Of a stretch of 64,000 bases of DNA, positions 60,269 to 64,000 are shown piece by piece. Each line of letters opens with the position of its first letter. The first letter of the stretch is position 1. The position numbers and the translations under genes were made by a program. This DNA is from Sphingomonadales bacterium. GTDB taxonomy: Bacteria; Pseudomonadota; Alphaproteobacteria; Sphingomonadales; Sphingomonadaceae. The stretch covers positions 29,592 to 93,591 of the forward strand of contig JBBRCT010000007.1 in assembly GCA_038204585.1 (NCBI GenBank), read 5' to 3'. The notes under the pieces are model-generated. The model searched no databases and was not told the DNA's origin. It saw only the letters and a list, made by a program, of their open reading frames with translations.

Positions 60269-61251
60269 CGAAAAGCTTTCCAGCGAGCGAGCGTGTCTGC
60301 GGCGGCGCCGGACGAGATAGCTTGGCGGGCTTGCAATGATGCGGCAGCAAGCGTGATGGCCGGATCGGCAACTGTGAGCGCTGCTGCGGCATTGAGCACT
60401 GTGATGTCGTGATAGGCACCTTGCTCGCCAGACAGGAGGCGGAGCAGTGCTGCGGCGTTATGGGCGGGTTCTCCGCCTTTGAGCGCAGTCGATGGCTGCT
60501 GGCTCAAGCCTGCGTCTTGCGGCGTGATCGTCCGGATTGCCAACTCGCCATTCGTCAGGACTATGGCTTGGCTGGCTGCAGATATTGCGAGCTCATCAAA
60601 GCCGTCTCCATGGACGACCATGGCCGCTTCGCTGCCGAGATTTTTCAGCGCGCCGGCCATCAAGGGGAGAATATGCGGTGCATAGACGCCGACCAGCTGG
60701 CGGCGCACACCTGCGGGACTGGCCAATGGCCCCAGAAGATTGAATATCGTGCGGCGGCCGAGTGCGCGCCTGACAGGCGCTACCCGCGCCATGGCAGGAT
60801 GGTGCCTTGCGGCGTGGAGGAAGGTGATTCCGGTCGTTTTCAAGCACGCTTCAAGACGGTCGACTTGCAGCTCGGGCACGCCGAGTGCCGAAAGAACATC
60901 AGCAGCACCTGACTGCGACGAGGCAGCGCGATTTCCGTGCTTTGCGACGGGAATGCCGCAAGCCGCGACCACAAGAGCGACGGCGGTGCTGATATTGAGG
61001 CTGTGTTGACCATCACCGCCGGTGCCGCAGACATCAATGGAATCAGGTGCATGGATCGGGTTCGAAATGCGAGCTCGAAGAGCGTGAGCGGCGGCGGTCA
61101 CTTCGTCAATGGTCTCGCCGCGGTCGGCGAGGATCGTGAGGAAATTTGTCAGGGCGGCTTCGTCGATCTCGCCTTCGAATATGCGTTCGAACGCATCCGA
61201 GGCCTGGTCGGAATCCATGGGCTGGGAGGGATCGGGCAGAAGGCGGTTCAT
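60265..61251 (-). CDS. trpD: Anthranilate phosphoribosyltransferase
   Basis: DVCGTGGDG, NIST, KHGN, RTIFNLLGPL. Confidence 0.97.
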   Translation of the reverse strand: MNRLLPDPSQPMDSDQASDAFERIFEGEIDEAALTNFLTILADRGETIDEVTAAAHALRARISNPIHAPDSIDVCGTGGDGQHSLNISTAVALVVAACGIPVAKHGNRAASSQSGAADVLSALGVPELQVDRLEACLKTTGITFLHAARHHPAMARVAPVRRALGRRTIFNLLGPLASPAGVRRQLVGVYAPHILPLMAGALKNLGSEAAMVVHGDGFDELAISAASQAIVLTNGELAIRTITPQDAGLSQQPSTALKGGEPAHNAAALLRLLSGEQGAYHDITVLNAAAALTVADPAITLAAASLQARQAISSGAAADTLARWKAFR

Positions 61252-61838
61252 CGCGGCGTGTGACGGATGTTGGCAAGCTGCAGGAAGTTGGCGAGCAAGG
61301 TATGGCCGTGTTCGGTTGCGATGCTCTCGGGATGAAACTGCACGCCGTGGAATGGCAGCGCATTGTGATGCATACCCATGATAAGCCCATCAGGGCTGGT
61401 TGCATTGACAATGAAGCACGACGGCAGAGTTTCCGCCTCGACGATCAGGCTGTGATATCGGGTTGCCTGAAACGGGCTGGGAATATCTATGAAAACACCA
61501 GTACAGGCGTGGGTGATGGCGCTGGTTTTTCCGTGCATCACCTGAGGCGCGCGGATGACGCGGCCGCCGAACGCCTGTCCGAGCGCTTGATGCCCGAGGC
61601 AGACGCCCAAAATCGGCGTCTTCGTTTGGGCGGCGGCGTCTATGAGATCGAGACAGATGCCGGCTTCATTGGGCGTGCAGGGGCCTGGTGACAGCAAAAT
61701 GGCTTGAGGCTGCATGGCCATGGCTTCGGCCACTGTGATCATATCGTTACGGATCACATGCGTCGACGCGCCAAGCTCTTCCAGATAATGGACGAGATTG
61801 AAGGTAAAGCTGTCGTAATTGTCGATAACCAGGATCAT
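61248..61838 (-). CDS. trpG: Anthranilate synthase component II
   Basis: IDNYDSF, SPGP, GVCLGHQ, QFHPES. Confidence 0.96.
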   Translation of the reverse strand: MILVIDNYDSFTFNLVHYLEELGASTHVIRNDMITVAEAMAMQPQAILLSPGPCTPNEAGICLDLIDAAAQTKTPILGVCLGHQALGQAFGGRVIRAPQVMHGKTSAITHACTGVFIDIPSPFQATRYHSLIVEAETLPSCFIVNATSPDGLIMGMHHNALPFHGVQFHPESIATEHGHTLLANFLQLANIRHTPR

Positions 61839-61848
61839 CGTGCAAAAC

Positions 61849-62133
61849 TCATGGCGTTACTTTGACGCCCTTCCAGAAAGCGATTCTACCCTTGATGTTG
61901 GCGGCGGCAGACTTAGGCTCGGGATAATACCAGGCAGCGTCCTTGTTAACTGCGCCGTCCACGATAAGGCTATGATAATGCGCGGTACCTTTCCAGCCGC
62001 AGACGCTGGTGTGGTTGCTGGGGCTGAGCAGATCACCGTTGATGCTCTCGGGCGGGAAGTAGTGATTACCTTCGACGACGACGGTGTCGTCCGACTGGGC
62101 GATCAGAACGCCATTCCATTCGGCCTTGGGCAT
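61849..62133 (-). CDS. DUF427-family protein
   Basis: VEGNHYFP, CGWKG.AHY, AAWYYP; ATG at 62133. Confidence 0.9.
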   Translation of the reverse strand: MPKAEWNGVLIAQSDDTVVVEGNHYFPPESINGDLLSPSNHTSVCGWKGTAHYHSLIVDGAVNKDAAWYYPEPKSAAANIKGRIAFWKGVKVTP

Positions 62134-62146
62134 GCGATAGTTCCTT

Positions 62147-63667
62147 CTACTGGCCGTAATCTGGATCGGAGGCGGCAGACATTGCGGCGCGGGCGGCAGC
62201 GATGAGCGCGCCAGCTTTGGCCTCACACTCGCGTTGTTCATAGGCTGCAATGCTGTCTGCGACGATTCCGGCCCCTGCCTGAATGTGCATTGTGCCATCT
62301 TTGACGATGGCTGTCCGCAGAACGATGCAGCTATCCATATTTCCGTCAGGCGAAAAATAGCCAACGCCGCCGGCATAGGCTCCGCGTTGCTCAGACTCGA
62401 GTTCGGCAATGACCTGCATTGCCCGGACCTTTGGGGCGCCGCTGACGGTGCCGGCCGGAAAACCCGCTAGCAATGCGTCAACTGCATCAACGCCGGGTGC
62501 GAGCCGGCCCTGGACGTTGGAAACGATGTGCATGACATGGCTATAAAACTCGACTTGCGCCCGGTCTGTCACATGGACCGATCCAGGCACGGAGATTTTT
62601 CCGGTGTCATGGCGACCAAGATCGAGAAGCATCAAATGCTCGGCCTGTTCTTTGGCATCGGCAAGAAGATCGGCTTTGTTTTGAGCATCTTCAGCGGCAT
62701 CTTTGCCGCGGGGGCGGGTGCCTGCGATCGGGCGAATGGTCACATTACCGTCCCTCGAACGCACCAGAATCTCGGGCGAAGATCCGACGAGGGCGAAACC
62801 CGGCAGATCAAGCACATAGAGGAACGGTGACGGGTTGATACGGCGCAGTGCGCGGTAAAGATCGAAAGCCGGAAGCGGGAAAGGGAGACTGAAACGCTGG
62901 GCCAGTACGACCTGAAATATGTCGCCAGCAAATATGTATTCCTTGGCTTTCTCGACCATTTCCGCATAGCGGGCCGGGTCTGTGTGGGCTGTGATGTTGG
63001 TTTCGGGTTGGACGTCCGGGGCATGGCGCGCGGGCAGGGCGCCTTTCAGGCGACGCGCCACAGCGTCAATCCGTTCCATGGCTGCGTCGTACTTCGCTGC
63101 TGGTGCTCCGTCTTGATCGGGGAATATCGGGGCAACGATGTGTAATTCGTCTGACAGTCGGTCAAAGACCAGCAGTAATGTTGGGCGGACAAAAACCATG
63201 TCCGGAAGACCGAGCGGGGATGGCGGAGCCAGAGGAACGCTGTTTTCGACAAGTCGGACGGCTTCATAGCCAATATAGCCGACAAGGCAGGCCAGGGCGG
63301 CAGGCAGCCCTTGGGGGACATCGGCGCGGGCCTCTGCGACAAGTGCGCGGAGATTATCGAGAGCATCACTGGATTGCGAGACGAACGCGTCTGCATCACG
63401 CTGCCATTGGCGATTGATCCGCGCCTCATTGCCCCGGGCTTCCCAGACGAGGTCGGGATCAAGACCGATCAACGAATAACGCCCTCGTACCTGACCGCCT
63501 TCGACCGATTCCAGAAGAAATGCGCCTGAACCCGGCCGCGCAAGTTTGAGCATGGCGGAAACCGGTGTTTCGGTATCGGCGACGATACGAATGTGAACAA
63601 GCTGCGCTTTGCCGCCGGTTAGTCCCGCGATGGCGGCGTCGCGGGCGTGCAGGCCGGGACTCACCAC
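62147..63667 (-). CDS. trpE: Anthranilate synthase component I
   Basis: LLES, GDIFQVV, NPSPF, SSPE, PIAGT, AEHLML, GTVSGAPK. Confidence 0.97.
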   Translation of the reverse strand: MVSPGLHARDAAIAGLTGGKAQLVHIRIVADTETPVSAMLKLARPGSGAFLLESVEGGQVRGRYSLIGLDPDLVWEARGNEARINRQWQRDADAFVSQSSDALDNLRALVAEARADVPQGLPAALACLVGYIGYEAVRLVENSVPLAPPSPLGLPDMVFVRPTLLLVFDRLSDELHIVAPIFPDQDGAPAAKYDAAMERIDAVARRLKGALPARHAPDVQPETNITAHTDPARYAEMVEKAKEYIFAGDIFQVVLAQRFSLPFPLPAFDLYRALRRINPSPFLYVLDLPGFALVGSSPEILVRSRDGNVTIRPIAGTRPRGKDAAEDAQNKADLLADAKEQAEHLMLLDLGRHDTGKISVPGSVHVTDRAQVEFYSHVMHIVSNVQGRLAPGVDAVDALLAGFPAGTVSGAPKVRAMQVIAELESEQRGAYAGGVGYFSPDGNMDSCIVLRTAIVKDGTMHIQAGAGIVADSIAAYEQRECEAKAGALIAAARAAMSAASDPDYGQ

Positions 63668-63670
63668 AGT

Positions 63671-64000
63671 CTATTGGCTGGCCGCCGACTGACCACCGAG
63701 GCGGCGGCGCAGAGCGTCGATAGCAGCAGTATTCCGCTTCGTCTTGATCTCGCGCTGGGCAGCAGCGGCAAAGGCCTCGGCGAATTCGTTTGTGAGTTGG
63801 CCCGCGATTTCCCGGCGCATGGCATCAACGATGCCCGGGGCTGCAGCGAGATCGCCCGGCTCAATGCTATCGACATGGATCAGCGCCCAGCCCTCGGCCC
63901 CGCCAAGAACACGCGTGGTGTTTGCGGGTGTGCCAAGAAAGGCCTGTACTATGGGCGGGACCTGCTGGCCCTGCTGCATGGCATCGAGGCGTCGGCCGGC
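63671..64000 (-). CDS. C-terminal end of a PpiD/SurA-like periplasmic chaperone (truncated by the window edge)
   Basis: Open frame runs off the window; C-terminal helix IKTKRNTAAIDAL; ppiD normally precedes trpE in alphaproteobacteria. Confidence 0.6.
   Translation of the reverse strand, partial: AGRRLDAMQQGQQVPPIVQAFLGTPANTTRVLGGAEGWALIHVDSIEPGDLAAAPGIVDAMRREIAGQLTNEFAEAFAAAAQREIKTKRNTAAIDALRRRLGGQSAASQ

Noticed and set aside
1-64000. CRISPR arrays, tRNA/rRNA genes, prophage, transposase or defence genes
   Set aside because: No spaced direct repeats, cloverleaf or rRNA signatures, or such protein motifs were seen; intergenic gaps are short.

Overview
High-GC alphaproteobacterial chromosomal segment, most likely Sphingomonadales. 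That assignment is inferred from the gene orders nuoN-birA-coaX-rnj-DUF1467 and trpE-G-D-C-moaC-moeA-lexA-comEC-gltX-gltA, and from a GAAC-N7-GAAC SOS box. Contents from left to right: (1) a compact, divergent flagellar operon fliF'-G-H-I-J-K-L-M-N-O-P-Q-R-flhB-fliD, then a sigma54 activator with no sensor domain and a divergent wHTH regulator that looks frameshifted; (2) a carotenoid region (crtY-crtB without crtI, plus crtZ) interleaved with a P450, a hydrolase and an SRPBCC-like gene; (3) uvrB, trmFO and assorted genes; (4) a stand-alone nuoG-N half-operon followed by birA, coaX and rnj; (5) a TipN-like polar protein and a four-gene inositol module (MIPS, an inositol-phosphate cytidylyltransferase-like enzyme and two CDP-alcohol phosphotransferases); (6) wzi, gltA, gltX, comEC, lexA, moe/moa and trp genes. 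The inositol module is the best candidate for an undescribed system, possibly CDP-inositol-dependent inositol (sphingo)lipid synthesis. Non-coding highlights are a 187-bp TA-flanked MITE whose removal restores a TAATG stop/start overlap after crtZ, and a six-tract G-quadruplex motif upstream of crtY. No rRNA, tRNA or CRISPR array was seen. All product calls come from motif recognition by eye; no database search was run.
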